In this document: one piece after another, positions 46,472 through 55,462 of the stretch | How positions within the stretch are numbered: position 1 is the first letter of the stretch | Layout: the number at the start of each line of letters is the position of its first letter | Origin: Hyphomonadaceae bacterium | Lineage (GTDB): Bacteria > Pseudomonadota > Alphaproteobacteria > Caulobacterales > Aquidulcibacteraceae | DNA length: 64,000 nt | Direction of reading: 5' to 3' | Assembly: GCA_050186805.1 (NCBI GenBank) | Contig: JBFWYC010000002.1 | Span: 65,492 to 129,491 of the forward strand | Program-made: the position numbers and the translations under genes | The notes under the pieces: model-generated | What the model was told of the DNA's origin: nothing | Database searches by the model: none | Seen by the model: the letters and a program-made list of their open reading frames with translations, nothing else

Positions 46472-47317
46472 TTAGTGCGCCATCAGAAGGGGCACCGTCG
46501 CCGTGCGCAGCAGTTCGCGTGTCGCGCCGCCGAACACCAATTCGCGCAGGCGCGAATGAGCATAGCCGCCCATCACCACGAGATCGGCATCGAGTGTTTG
46601 CGCCTCCGAGAGAATAGCCTCCGACGCCGAACGCCCCATACTGTCGACATTGCGCACATCCGCCGGCAAGCCACGGCGCGACAAGTGCGCGGCGATATTG
46701 GCGCCGGGCTGATCGCCATGGCCGAACATTTTCGGCTTCGCATCCACGGTGACCACCGTGATCTTCTCCGCCTTGTCGAGAATCGATTGCGCCTCCGAGA
46801 GCGCCCGCGTTGCTTCGCGGCTGGCGTCCCAGGCCACCACGACGCGTTTGCCGATGCCGCCGCCGCGCCAGGCGGGCGGTGCGATCAGCGCCGGGCGGCC
46901 GGAGTGAAACAGCACGCCTTCGATGATCTCCTCGCGCAGTTCGGCGCCGGCGCCCTCCACCGGGCGCGTCATCACCGCGACATCGGCATAGCGCGCGTGC
47001 ACCGCCGCGACCCGGCCAAGATCGCGCGACAGCGCCTCGGCGTTGCGCAACTCGCTGGCTTTGGCCGATTGCTTCAGCCGCGCTTCGACCCTTTTGCGCT
47101 CGACTTCCGCGTCTTGCCGCGCCCGGCCCAGCAGCTCGGCCCACACGCCAGCGACCACAGTTGGCTCATAGGCCAACGGTTCGTCCGGCAAGGGCGTGAG
47201 AAAGGCCGCGGCGAGATGACAATCGGCGCATTGGTTCGCCAGCGCTTCGCCCAGCGCAAGCGCCGGCTCGTCAGCGGCGGCGTCGGAGACGATGACCAGG
47301 ATATCTTTCCAACTCAT
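46472..47317 (-). CDS. Universal stress protein (tandem UspA domains)
   Basis: Two Usp repeats, each ending with a G..GHS/YAHSRL...GG/ATRELL-type ATP-binding motif. Confidence 0.85.
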   Translation of the reverse strand: MSWKDILVIVSDAAADEPALALGEALANQCADCHLAAAFLTPLPDEPLAYEPTVVAGVWAELLGRARQDAEVERKRVEARLKQSAKASELRNAEALSRDLGRVAAVHARYADVAVMTRPVEGAGAELREEIIEGVLFHSGRPALIAPPAWRGGGIGKRVVVAWDASREATRALSEAQSILDKAEKITVVTVDAKPKMFGHGDQPGANIAAHLSRRGLPADVRNVDSMGRSASEAILSEAQTLDADLVVMGGYAHSRLRELVFGGATRELLRTATVPLLMAH

Positions 47318-47429
47318 GGGCGCCTCGTGCGCTGGGGACTATATGCCCTTGCGGGCGCCGGCGCCAGAATCCTGTCGCTGCCCACTTGATGCCGCCTTGC
47401 GTCTGCGCAAAGTCCGGCTGCTTCTTAAA

Positions 47430-47456
47430 GGAACACATCCATGGCACAAGCGTTCC
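47430..47456 (-). promoter_or_regulatory. Symmetric GGAAC-N17-GTTCC box; the minus-strand reading is an EcfG-like promoter facing usp
   Basis: The minus strand reads GGAAC-N16-TGTT about 115 nt upstream of the usp start. The plus strand reads GGAAC-N16-CGTT but straddles the gabD start codon. Confidence 0.35.
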
Positions 47457-48886
47457 GCTCCGACGCCTATATCGACGGCACATGGCGCGGCGGCGCCGCC
47501 CGCTTCGAGGTCTACAATCCCGCCAATCAAGAGGTGATCGCCAACGTCCCCGATTTTGGCGCTGTGGAAACCGAAGAGGCCATCAACGCCGCGCATCGCG
47601 CATTTCCGGCCTGGGCGGCGAAGTCCGCGAAAGAACGCGCCGCGCTGATGCGGGCCTGGTACGATTTGATGATGGCCGACATCGATCGGCTGGCGCGGCT
47701 GATTTCGCTGGAAGGCGGCAAGCCGGTCGCTGAAGCCAAGGGCGAAGCCGCGTATGGCGCGGCGTTCGTTGAATGGTTCGGCGAAGAGGCCAAGCGCGCC
47801 TACGGGCGCACCATCCCGACCACGACGCCGACGCGCCGCTACGTCACCATCCGCCAGCCGATCGGCGTGTGCGCGGCGATCACGCCGTGGAATTTTCCGA
47901 TGGCGATGATCACCCGCAAGGCAGCGCCCGCCATCGCCGCCGGCTGCACCATTGTGCTCAAACCCCCGTCACAGACGCCGCTCACGGCATTGGCGCTGGC
48001 GGAGTTGGCGGAGAAAGCCGGCATTCCCGCCGGCGTGTTCAACGTCGTCACCACGCACGATCACACCGCCGACGTCGGCAAGCTGATGTGCGAAAGCCCA
48101 CTGGTGCGGAAATTCTCGTTCACCGGCTCGACCGAGGTGGGCAAGAAGCTGGGCGCGGCGTGCGTCGGCTCCACCGTGAAGAAGGTGTCGCTCGAACTCG
48201 GCGGCAACGCGCCGCTTCTGGTGTTCGCCGACGCCGACCTCGATCTCGCGGTCAAAGGCGCGATCGCATCGAAATTCCGCAATGCGGGACAAACCTGCGT
48301 CTGCGCCAACCGCATTCTGGTCGAGGACGCCATCTATGACGCGTTCGCCAAGAAGCTGGCCGACGCCGTCGCAAAGCTGAAGGTCGGTCCCGGCGATCAA
48401 GAGGGCGTCGAGATTGGCCCGCTAATCGATGGCAAAGCCATCGAGAAAGTCGAGCGCATGGTGGCCGAGGCGCTGGCGGCGGGCGCCACTGCGCTCGTCG
48501 GCGGCAAGAAGCATCCCGCCGGCGCGCAATTCTACACCCCCACCGTGCTCACCGACGTCACTCGCGACATGCGCGTCAACACCGAAGAGATTTTCGGCCC
48601 GGTCGCGCCCTTGATCCGCTTCAAGAGCGAGGACGAAGCCGTCGCCATCGCCAACGACACGCCGTTCGGGCTCGCCTCTTACTTCTTCACCAAGGACGTC
48701 AACCGCGCCTGGCGCGTCGCTGAGCGCATCGAGAGCGGCATGGTGTCGATCAATGACGGCATCTTCTCGAATGAAGTGATCCCGTTCGGCGGCTGGAAAG
48801 AAAGCGGCCTCGGCCGCGAAGGCGGCGTCGAAGGGCTGGAAGAGTATCTGGAAACAAAGTTCGTGAACTTCGGCGGGTTTGCGTGA
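47441..48886 (+). CDS. gabD: NAD(P)-dependent succinate-semialdehyde dehydrogenase
   Basis: Aldehyde dehydrogenase motifs ELGGNAP and catalytic Cys context GQTCVCANR. GabD-like N-terminus (YIDG.W......F.V.NPAN). Confidence 0.9.
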   Translation: MAQAFRSDAYIDGTWRGGAARFEVYNPANQEVIANVPDFGAVETEEAINAAHRAFPAWAAKSAKERAALMRAWYDLMMADIDRLARLISLEGGKPVAEAKGEAAYGAAFVEWFGEEAKRAYGRTIPTTTPTRRYVTIRQPIGVCAAITPWNFPMAMITRKAAPAIAAGCTIVLKPPSQTPLTALALAELAEKAGIPAGVFNVVTTHDHTADVGKLMCESPLVRKFSFTGSTEVGKKLGAACVGSTVKKVSLELGGNAPLLVFADADLDLAVKGAIASKFRNAGQTCVCANRILVEDAIYDAFAKKLADAVAKLKVGPGDQEGVEIGPLIDGKAIEKVERMVAEALAAGATALVGGKKHPAGAQFYTPTVLTDVTRDMRVNTEEIFGPVAPLIRFKSEDEAVAIANDTPFGLASYFFTKDVNRAWRVAERIESGMVSINDGIFSNEVIPFGGWKESGLGREGGVEGLEEYLETKFVNFGGFA

Positions 48887-49110
48887 TCCAGGTGCATCCC
48901 TTGATCTATCGGCTTTTGTGGATTGGAGTGGCCGTTCTCGGCGCCTTGCTTTTGCTCGGGCCATTGTTGCTACTGTCCGACGATGTGACCGCGACGAGCG
49001 AGTCCGCGCAGTACGTTCTGGTCGCCAGCGGCGGACTCGGGGCGCTCACATTTTTCTACGCGCTTCGCCGCCTTATCTGGCCGCTCAAGCCTCCAGCTCA
49101 AGCGCGATGA
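48883..49110 (+). CDS. Small membrane protein (2 TM helices)
   Basis: GTGA overlap with the gabD stop and ATGA overlap with the next gene. 75 aa with two hydrophobic helices. Confidence 0.5.
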   Translation: MIQVHPLIYRLLWIGVAVLGALLLLGPLLLLSDDVTATSESAQYVLVASGGLGALTFFYALRRLIWPLKPPAQAR

Positions 49111-49385
49111 GCTGCGCCTTCACCTACATTCTCGGCTCAATCCGCGGCGCGGATCGGCGTACTTATGTCGGTTGGTGCGTGGACCTCGATCAACGGCTCG
49201 GCGCGCACAACACAGGCCGCGGCGCGCGCTCGACGCGCGGGCGCGCCTGGGTTCTGCTCTATGCCGAGCGCCACCCCACGCGCAATGAAGCGATGAGCCG
49301 CGAAGTTCATCTGAAGCGCGACCGCAAGTTTCGCGCGACCCTCGCCGCCCTGCTCGACGCCGACGCCTTCAAGGACGCTGCATGA
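49107..49385 (+). CDS. GIY-YIG nuclease superfamily protein (UPF0213/YhbQ-like)
   Basis: FTYIL...TYVGWCVDLDQRLGAHN...RNEAMSREVHLKR matches the GIY / YVG / R / E / K layout. Confidence 0.8.
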   Translation: MSCAFTYILGSIRGADRRTYVGWCVDLDQRLGAHNTGRGARSTRGRAWVLLYAERHPTRNEAMSREVHLKRDRKFRATLAALLDADAFKDAA

Positions 49386-50278
49386 CCCTCAGCTTCGCCA
49401 CCTATGACGTGTTCACCGACACGCCCTTCGCCGGCAATCCGCTCGCCGTCGTGTTCGGCGCCGACGCGTTGAGCGATGCGCAGATGCAAACCATCGCGCG
49501 CGAATTCAATTTGTCCGAGACGGTGTTCGTGCAGGCGGCGAGCTACGCCCAGCACGCCGCCAAGGTGCGCATCTTCACGCCGGCGCAAGAGCTGCCGTTC
49601 GCAGGCCACCCCACCATAGGCTGCGCCATCGCATTGGCCGAGCGCCTGCATGGGCGCGAGGCGGCGCGCGATCTCATCCTGGTGCTGGAGGAAAATATCG
49701 GCCCGGTGCGCTGCGGCGTGAAAATCAGCGCTGATGGCGCCAGCTTCGCGGAATTCAGCGTGCCGAAGCTGGCGACCTCCGCCGGCGTCGATCCCAGCAT
49801 CGATGCGGCGGCGCAAGCGCTCGGGCTCTCGGCGTCGGATATCGGCTTCGATCGGCACACGCCGTCCTTCTTCAGCGCCGGCGTGCCGTACGTGATGGTC
49901 CCGCTCGCCAGCCTCGACGCCTTGGCGCGCGCCAAGCCTGCGCCGGGTTTTGCCGAGCTGGTCGACGGCCGCTCAATCTTTCCCTACGCACGCGCCGAAG
50001 CCGATGCGCCGCACGCTTTCCGCGCCCGCATGTTCGCGCCTGAGCTTGGCATTGCCGAAGACCCTGCCACCGGCAGCGCGGCGGCGGCGTTCGCCGGCGT
50101 GCTGGCGCGGTTCGAGGATTTGCCGGACGGCTGGCACACGCTGCCGATCCTGCAGGGCGTCGAAATGGGGCGGCCATCCTTGATGGGACTCGAGGTTCAG
50201 ATCGACGCAGGCGCGCTTGCCGGCGCGCGCATCGCCGGCAAAGCGGTGAAGGTCAGCGAAGGCGCGCTTCGCCTCTAG
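49382..50278 (+). CDS. PhzF-family isomerase
   Basis: DVFTDTPFAGNPLAVV N-terminus, FNLSETVF and EDPATGSAA motifs. Confidence 0.87.
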   Translation: MTLSFATYDVFTDTPFAGNPLAVVFGADALSDAQMQTIAREFNLSETVFVQAASYAQHAAKVRIFTPAQELPFAGHPTIGCAIALAERLHGREAARDLILVLEENIGPVRCGVKISADGASFAEFSVPKLATSAGVDPSIDAAAQALGLSASDIGFDRHTPSFFSAGVPYVMVPLASLDALARAKPAPGFAELVDGRSIFPYARAEADAPHAFRARMFAPELGIAEDPATGSAAAAFAGVLARFEDLPDGWHTLPILQGVEMGRPSLMGLEVQIDAGALAGARIAGKAVKVSEGALRL

Positions 50279-50279
50279 C

Positions 50280-51086
50280 TCAGCGCCAGAAGTCCAGTGG
50301 CGCCAGGCACTGCGTTTGCACACTGCCCGCGAGCGCAGGTAATGCGTCTTCCGGCGTTACTTGTTCGGCCAGCCGTCGGCGCGCGCGTTCGACGATGCTG
50401 TGGGGAATGTGCAGCGGCATTGCTTCGCTATCGGGCAGCGCCGAGATCGCAGCGCCAAACCAAGCCGCGGCCGCCATGCGCACAGTGGCCTCATCCGGCA
50501 ACGGCTGCTCGCCCAGCATCTGGCCGTTTTCGCTGAGCTGATACCGCGCCGCCTGCAGCACAGCGGCGCGCTCCTCCGCCGTCGCGAAGCGGCTGCGCGT
50601 CTCGATATGATAGCCCAGCAAGCGCAGCAGCCCGATATGACATTCGCCGACGCCGAGCCGCGTTGCGAGGTCGCGGCTCAACACCACAACCGCACTCACA
50701 TCGCCCGGCGCATGCTCGGGCGCGCCGAGGTTCATGACTTCGCCGATCGCGTAAGCCACATCGTGGGCGCTGCGCGGCGGCGGCCCATCCGCCGGTTCGC
50801 CGGCGACACTCTCCAGGAACCGCCACGCGCCGTAGCCGCCAAGGCCAACGCCAGCGCCAAGCAGCACGAGCACCGCCAGCCACGCCAACATCGGCCGGCC
50901 GCGCAAACCGAACACCGCGATGGTCAGCGGATTGACGACGAACGCCGCCATCAAGAGCCCGGCGCCACCGGCGACCAGCCACCAATTGCCGTCCTCGGCG
51001 TAGAAGCCGACATAGCCGAGCAGCGCCGCAGCGCACATCAGCGCCAGGCTCAAAACCCAGCGCACCACAGCAATCAGCACGCCCAT
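50280..51086 (-). CDS. Hypothetical membrane protein (4 N-terminal TM helices + soluble C-terminal domain)
   Basis: Start chosen at MGVLIAVV. The upstream part of the long ORF is Arg-rich and atypical. Confidence 0.55.
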   Translation of the reverse strand: MGVLIAVVRWVLSLALMCAAALLGYVGFYAEDGNWWLVAGGAGLLMAAFVVNPLTIAVFGLRGRPMLAWLAVLVLLGAGVGLGGYGAWRFLESVAGEPADGPPPRSAHDVAYAIGEVMNLGAPEHAPGDVSAVVVLSRDLATRLGVGECHIGLLRLLGYHIETRSRFATAEERAAVLQAARYQLSENGQMLGEQPLPDEATVRMAAAAWFGAAISALPDSEAMPLHIPHSIVERARRRLAEQVTPEDALPALAGSVQTQCLAPLDFWR

Positions 51087-51192
51087 GGGCGTCCCCCGAT
51101 TTTCCGCGGCTGGACCCTGCCGCGTCTGCTGACGCCGCACAAGCCAGGCGTGCGGCTTGGCCGGGCAAGCGGCGCGCTTTATGCTCCGGCCC

Positions 51193-52317
51193 ATGTCAGC
51201 ACGCCCCGACATTCCAATGAGCCTGCCCGCCTGGCTCTACACCGATCAGCGCTTCTTCGAGCAGGAGCGCGAAAAAGTGTTCAAGCAAGCCTGGCACATC
51301 ATGGGCCACATCAACGACGCGCCGAACGCGGGCGACTATCTCACGCTCGACATTCTGGGCGAGCGCGTCGTCACCGTGCGCGGCGACGACGGCAAGCTGC
51401 GCAGCTTCCACAATGTCTGCCGCCACCGCGCCGGTAAGATCGCCACGGAAGCACGCGGCTCATGCGGCCATCGCCTCGTCTGCCCCTATCACGCTTGGAG
51501 CTACAAGCTCGACGGCGGCTTCGCCGGCGCGCCGAAATGGCAAGGCTTCGAAGGCATCAACGCGAAGGAGCTTGGCCTGAAGCCAGTCGACCAGGAGATC
51601 GCCCACGGCTTCATCTTCATCCGCTTCGCGGCAGGCTTGCCCAGCGTGAAAGAGATGATGGCGCCCTATGCCGATGAACTCGAAGCGTTCGAACTCGAAA
51701 AGCTCATCCCCAACGGCCGCGTCACGCTGCGCCCGCGCCCGGTGAATTGGAAGAATGTCGGCGACAATTATTCCGACGGCATGCACATCCCGGTCGCGCA
51801 TCCCGGCCTCACCCGGCTCTTCGCTGGCAGCTACAAAATCGAAGCCAAAACCTGGATCGATAAAATGTGGGGCGAGATCACCGAGACGCCCTCGAACAAT
51901 TGGTCGGAGAACGCTTACCAGCGTATGATCGAGAGCTTCGAACACATCGCGCCGGAGCGCCGCCGGCTGTGGGCGTACTACAAGCTCTGGCCGAACGTCG
52001 CGTTCGATATCTATCCGGACCAAGTCGACTTCATGCAATTCATCCCGGTCTCGGCCGAAGAGACAATGATCCGCGAGATCGCTTACGTGCACCCCAACGG
52101 CAGCCGCGAGATGAAGGCGGCGCGCTATCTGAACTGGCGCATCAATCGCCAGGTCAACGCCGAAGACACCGTGCTGATCGAAGGCGTGCAGCAGGGCATG
52201 GAAAGTTCGAGCTACGCCACCGGCCCGCTTTCGCCGTCGGAAGTGTGCCTCATCTCGTTCGGCAACCGCATGCGCGGCCTAATTCCCGACGCCAACCTCG
52301 AACACGCGCCGGCTTAG
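51193..52317 (+). CDS. Rieske [2Fe-2S] aromatic ring-hydroxylating oxygenase alpha-subunit-like protein
   Basis: Rieske motif CRHRAGKI...CPYHAWSY and a mononuclear-iron region with DGMHIPVAH. Confidence 0.85.
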   Translation: MSARPDIPMSLPAWLYTDQRFFEQEREKVFKQAWHIMGHINDAPNAGDYLTLDILGERVVTVRGDDGKLRSFHNVCRHRAGKIATEARGSCGHRLVCPYHAWSYKLDGGFAGAPKWQGFEGINAKELGLKPVDQEIAHGFIFIRFAAGLPSVKEMMAPYADELEAFELEKLIPNGRVTLRPRPVNWKNVGDNYSDGMHIPVAHPGLTRLFAGSYKIEAKTWIDKMWGEITETPSNNWSENAYQRMIESFEHIAPERRRLWAYYKLWPNVAFDIYPDQVDFMQFIPVSAEETMIREIAYVHPNGSREMKAARYLNWRINRQVNAEDTVLIEGVQQGMESSSYATGPLSPSEVCLISFGNRMRGLIPDANLEHAPA

Positions 52318-52856
52318 GGCGTGCGGCGCAACCGCGTCTGATTGCGGAACTCAAAATTGACGGCCGGGTCTTCGAGGTAGTCCGCCTCTTTGACCGCCAA
52401 CGTTTCGTCGCCGCTGCGGGTGAGCGTAACGCGGATGTCGGCGGCGCGATCGTCATCCATGCCGCGCTCGCTAAACACGATGGTCCAGTGCGCGGCGTCG
52501 GCGAACGCGCTCACCGTCGCGGCTTCGCGCGTCAGCGCCATGGCGCGGCCGGCGCGAAAGCCGGCTGTTTCGTAGAGACCGCTTGCCTCGTCAAACGCAG
52601 AAAGCCCGATGATCCAAACCGCCGGCGCGTCGCCCTCGTCGAAGCGCGAGGTGCGGATCATGGTGCGGCCGTCCTCAGTCAACCGCAGCGTGGTCCGCAC
52701 CGGCAATTCGAACAATTCGTTGCTTTGATAGTCGCGATAGCCGAGCGCGCCCTCCCACTCGCCCACGAGGCCAGCCATGAGTTCGGCGGGGGTTTGGGCG
52801 GCGGCCGGGCGCGCCAGCGCAAAGCCGACAAGCAGGATCAACACAAAACGGAGCAT
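52314..52856 (-). CDS. Secreted hypothetical protein
   Basis: Start at MLRFVLILLVGFALARPAAAQ (signal peptide). No recognised domain. Confidence 0.55.
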   Translation of the reverse strand: MLRFVLILLVGFALARPAAAQTPAELMAGLVGEWEGALGYRDYQSNELFELPVRTTLRLTEDGRTMIRTSRFDEGDAPAVWIIGLSAFDEASGLYETAGFRAGRAMALTREAATVSAFADAAHWTIVFSERGMDDDRAADIRVTLTRSGDETLAVKEADYLEDPAVNFEFRNQTRLRRTP

Positions 52857-53034
52857 CCAAACCACCTCCCGATCGCGGATACGCAAGGCTGCTCCGCGCG
52901 GATTTGCTTGCCTGCGCATTTTCGCTCTGGCACAAGGCCGCCGCCTTATGACGACCGAGATTGCCTGACGTCGCGGGCCGCGTGTTGAACGCCAGCCCGC
53001 TCTGAACCGCCCGCGCGCTCCCTAGCCGCGGCGC

Positions 53035-53048
53035 GAACGCATTCGTTC
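53035..53048. promoter_or_regulatory. Dyad GAACG-catt-CGTTC upstream of the yjhX-like gene
   Basis: 5-bp inverted arms 17 nt upstream of the GTG start at 53065. Confidence 0.25.
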
Positions 53049-53064
53049 AGATCAGGCAATTCAA

Positions 53065-53322
53065 GTGAACATTTCAAAGTACGAGCAGCGCACGCTGCAC
53101 GCCCTGGCTCAGGGCGGCGCTATTCATCATCGCAAGAACGACGAGGGCGACATCGTCGAAATCGACTGCTTCAACCGCGACGGCTGGCGGCTCAATGACT
53201 GCACGCTGGCGATCTTCCGGAAGCTCCGCCGGCGACGGCTGATCTCCAGCCGCGACGGCGGCCCCTATCGCATCACCCGCGACGGCCTCGCGGCGGTGCG
53301 GGCGCAATTGGACAACAGATAG
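53065..53322 (+). CDS. yjhX: YjhX/UPF0386 family protein (TopAI toxin homologue)
   Basis: 85 aa, collinear with E. coli YjhX (..S..EQRTLH.LA.GG...........V.CF.R.G..L.DCTLA.F.KL....LI.S..G.PYRI...[10 protein letters not shown]). Confidence 0.85.
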   Translation: MNISKYEQRTLHALAQGGAIHHRKNDEGDIVEIDCFNRDGWRLNDCTLAIFRKLRRRRLISSRDGGPYRITRDGLAAVRAQLDNR

Positions 53323-53335
53323 AAAGAACGCATCC

Positions 53336-53518
53336 ATGCGCATCGCGTCCGCACGCGCGCGTCACGCCCGGCTCGCGATTCGGCTTTGTCAAAGCTATGC
53401 ATTCACCGGCCTATCGGCGGCGGGCGATGCATACCTCGCTACGCTCACGCCATCGGCGTTCGCCGCCATGATTGAGGATTGGAAGACCCTTATTCAGGCT
53501 CGGATCATCGACGCATAG
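53336..53518 (+). CDS. Doubtful small ORF downstream of yjhX
   Basis: 60 codons. Only the C-terminal half looks protein-like and there is no RBS. Confidence 0.2.
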   Translation: MRIASARARHARLAIRLCQSYAFTGLSAAGDAYLATLTPSAFAAMIEDWKTLIQARIIDA

Positions 53519-53567
53519 CCGCCATCAACGCCGCACTGCGCGGCGTCTGACGCCTAGTGTCGCCCAC

Positions 53568-53756
53568 TCAGACCGGCGCGAAGTCCGGCGCTCCGAAGCC
53601 CAGCACGCGATCGTCGTCCTCACCCGCCAGCTCGAAGGCCGAGCAGCAGCGGGCGCAGTAGGCGACATCGCCAACGATGGTGCGAAACGTGGAGCGGCGC
53701 CGTTGCAGCGGCGTCTGGCAGGTCGGGCACGGCTCGCCGATTTTTTTCTCGAGCAT
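53568..53756 (-). CDS. Small zinc-ribbon protein
   Basis: CPTC...(27 aa)...CARC four-Cys arrangement with an acidic tail. Confidence 0.45.
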   Translation of the reverse strand: MLEKKIGEPCPTCQTPLQRRRSTFRTIVGDVAYCARCCSAFELAGEDDDRVLGFGAPDFAPV

Positions 53757-54063
53757 TGCGGTCTCCGATGCCTTTCACGTTACTGTATTAATGCTGAACA
53801 AAACCTTAGGGCGGGTGCCTTCGGGCGGTCAGCACATACCTAACAACGCAGATGCAACGAAGGTTCGCTTCGGACGCGACAGCCACGAACTTGTGATCGT
53901 CACACGCACAAGGCGAATTCCCGCAGCACCATCAAGAGAGTGCGCCGACTCGACCGCAATCGCCATCAGCCACACGACATAGGCGAGCTTGCGCGCTGCG
54001 CATGCGCCGTGAGCGTGGCGCAATTGCAGCGTTTGCATGCGCACTGTGCAGCGCGCGGCGCAA

Positions 54064-54402
54064 TCAGCGTTTTTTGCGTTTTGGCCTTGGCGCGTTGGCG
54101 AGCGCGTGCGCGGCCTTGAGCGCGGAGTGAACGAGCCCATCGTCCGCGGCTTTCAGATCACACCTGGACATGCCCATGCGGCCCCAGCCGCCCGGCAGCG
54201 GCGCGATCACGCCCGGCGCCTGCGCGCAGAAGAATTCCTGCGTTGCGAGATCGAACATCAGGTTCACCGCCTGCTCATCGGGCGGCAGCGTCGCGAAAAT
54301 TTTTCGCGGCGTGCGGAACGCCGGGCGGTCCACGTGCGTCACCTCACTGGCGTTCTCGAATGAGAGCGCCAGCTTGCGCACGCGAGCTTTGGTGACGGCC
54401 AT
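54064..54402 (-). CDS. MmcQ/YjbR family DNA-binding protein
   Basis: Start at MAVTKARVRKLALSF. PAFR....IFA and PGGWG motifs typical of YjbR. Confidence 0.78.
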   Translation of the reverse strand: MAVTKARVRKLALSFENASEVTHVDRPAFRTPRKIFATLPPDEQAVNLMFDLATQEFFCAQAPGVIAPLPGGWGRMGMSRCDLKAADDGLVHSALKAAHALANAPRPKRKKR

Positions 54403-54423
54403 GGGCGGAGTATCGTCGCGGCC

Positions 54424-54798
54424 ATGGTTCAACTCAACCACACCATCGTGCACGCCCATGATGCGGACGTCTCGGCGGCGTTCATGGCCGATGTGCTGGG
54501 CTTAGGCGCGCCGCGCCGGTTCGGGCCGTTCGTCGTGGTCGATACGGCCAACGGCGTCAGCCTCGATTTTCTCTCAACCGACGAGCCGTTCATCGTGGAG
54601 CACTACGCCTTCCTGGTGAGCGAGGCCGAGTTCGACGCCATCTTCGCCCGCCTCAAAGCGCGCGGCCTCGATTACTGGGCCGACCCGCGCCTCGCCCACA
54701 AAGGCCAGATCAACCGCAACGACGGCGGCCGCGGCTGCTACTTCCAAGACCCCGCCGGGCATGTGCTGGAGATCATCACGCGGCCTTATGGGGGTTAG
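54424..54798 (+). CDS. VOC/glyoxalase family protein
   Basis: LNHTIV N-terminus, HYAFLVSE and FQDPAGHVLEI motifs. Confidence 0.85.
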   Translation: MVQLNHTIVHAHDADVSAAFMADVLGLGAPRRFGPFVVVDTANGVSLDFLSTDEPFIVEHYAFLVSEAEFDAIFARLKARGLDYWADPRLAHKGQINRNDGGRGCYFQDPAGHVLEIITRPYGG

Positions 54799-55089
54799 GT
54801 GCGGGGCGCTCGCGATTGCTCAACAAACGGCAATTCCAAATTGTGTTCGGTTAGGACCGCTCGATAGTGCTCCAGGCAGCCACCCAGAAAATCACGCACA
54901 TGCTCAAGGTCGAGGCGATGCCTCTTCGCTGAGGTTGTCGCCTACCCCATTCAGTGCGGCGACCAACTCCCCATGCAAGATTTTGAGGGTGTCGCCCTGC
55001 ACCAATATGCCGGGAAACCGTCTGGCAGGGTGACGGAGGATCGCTTGATTTGAAGCGTCAGAGTAAATCTCAACTGGTTCGATTCTCAT
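54796..55089 (-). pseudogene. Small gene apparently split by a frameshift near 54905-54915
   Basis: MRIEPVEIYSD...NLSEEA stops at 54904. A different frame continues protein-like (RLDLEHVRDFLGGCLEHYRAVLTEHNLELPF...) to 54796. Confidence 0.3.
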
Positions 55090-55207
55090 GCCAGCCCTCT
55101 GGGTAGGAAACCTAGACGAGGATCGCTCCAATGTCTGCAATGCGCCAAAGCCCGAAGTCCGATGACTGATGCTTACCGCCGGCGCAGCGCCACGCCGTTC
55201 GATTGCT

Positions 55208-55313
55208 CCGTCATTCCGGCCTCGCGGAGCGAGAGCCGGAACCCAGGGGCCAGCCGCTCGTAATTTTCCCCTAGGTTCCGGGCTCGGCCTCGCGGCCGCC
55301 CCGGAATGACGGA
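55208..55313. repeat. Palindromic REP/MITE-like element
   Basis: Perfect 13-bp terminal inverted repeats TCCGTCATTCCGG / CCGGAATGACGGA, with inner GCCGGAACC / GGTTCCGGGC arms. Confidence 0.6.
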
Positions 55314-55360
55314 GTGCGATTGGTCCGCTTTTCGCCGAGGGCGGACCTCGCTGTATCTTC

Positions 55361-55427
55361 AGCGAGACCGAAAGCGGGCATTGGTAGGAATTTGTCGGAG
55401 CGGCTATGATTGGCCCGGAGCGGACAT
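55361..55427 (+). repeat. Diverged copy 0 of the islet repeat
   Basis: GAGCGAGACCGA...CATTGGTAGGAATTTGT...GATTGGCCCGGAGCGGACAT aligns with indels to copies 1 and 2. Confidence 0.4.
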
Positions 55428-55462
55428 TGGCGAATTGAGGAGTTGACCAGTAGGTTGAGCCA

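Noticed and set aside
47430-47454. The plus-strand GGAAC-N16-CGTT as the gabD promoter.
   Set aside because: The gabD start codon (47441) lies inside the spacer, so transcription would begin within the conserved GabD N-terminus. Only the minus-strand reading toward usp is plausible.
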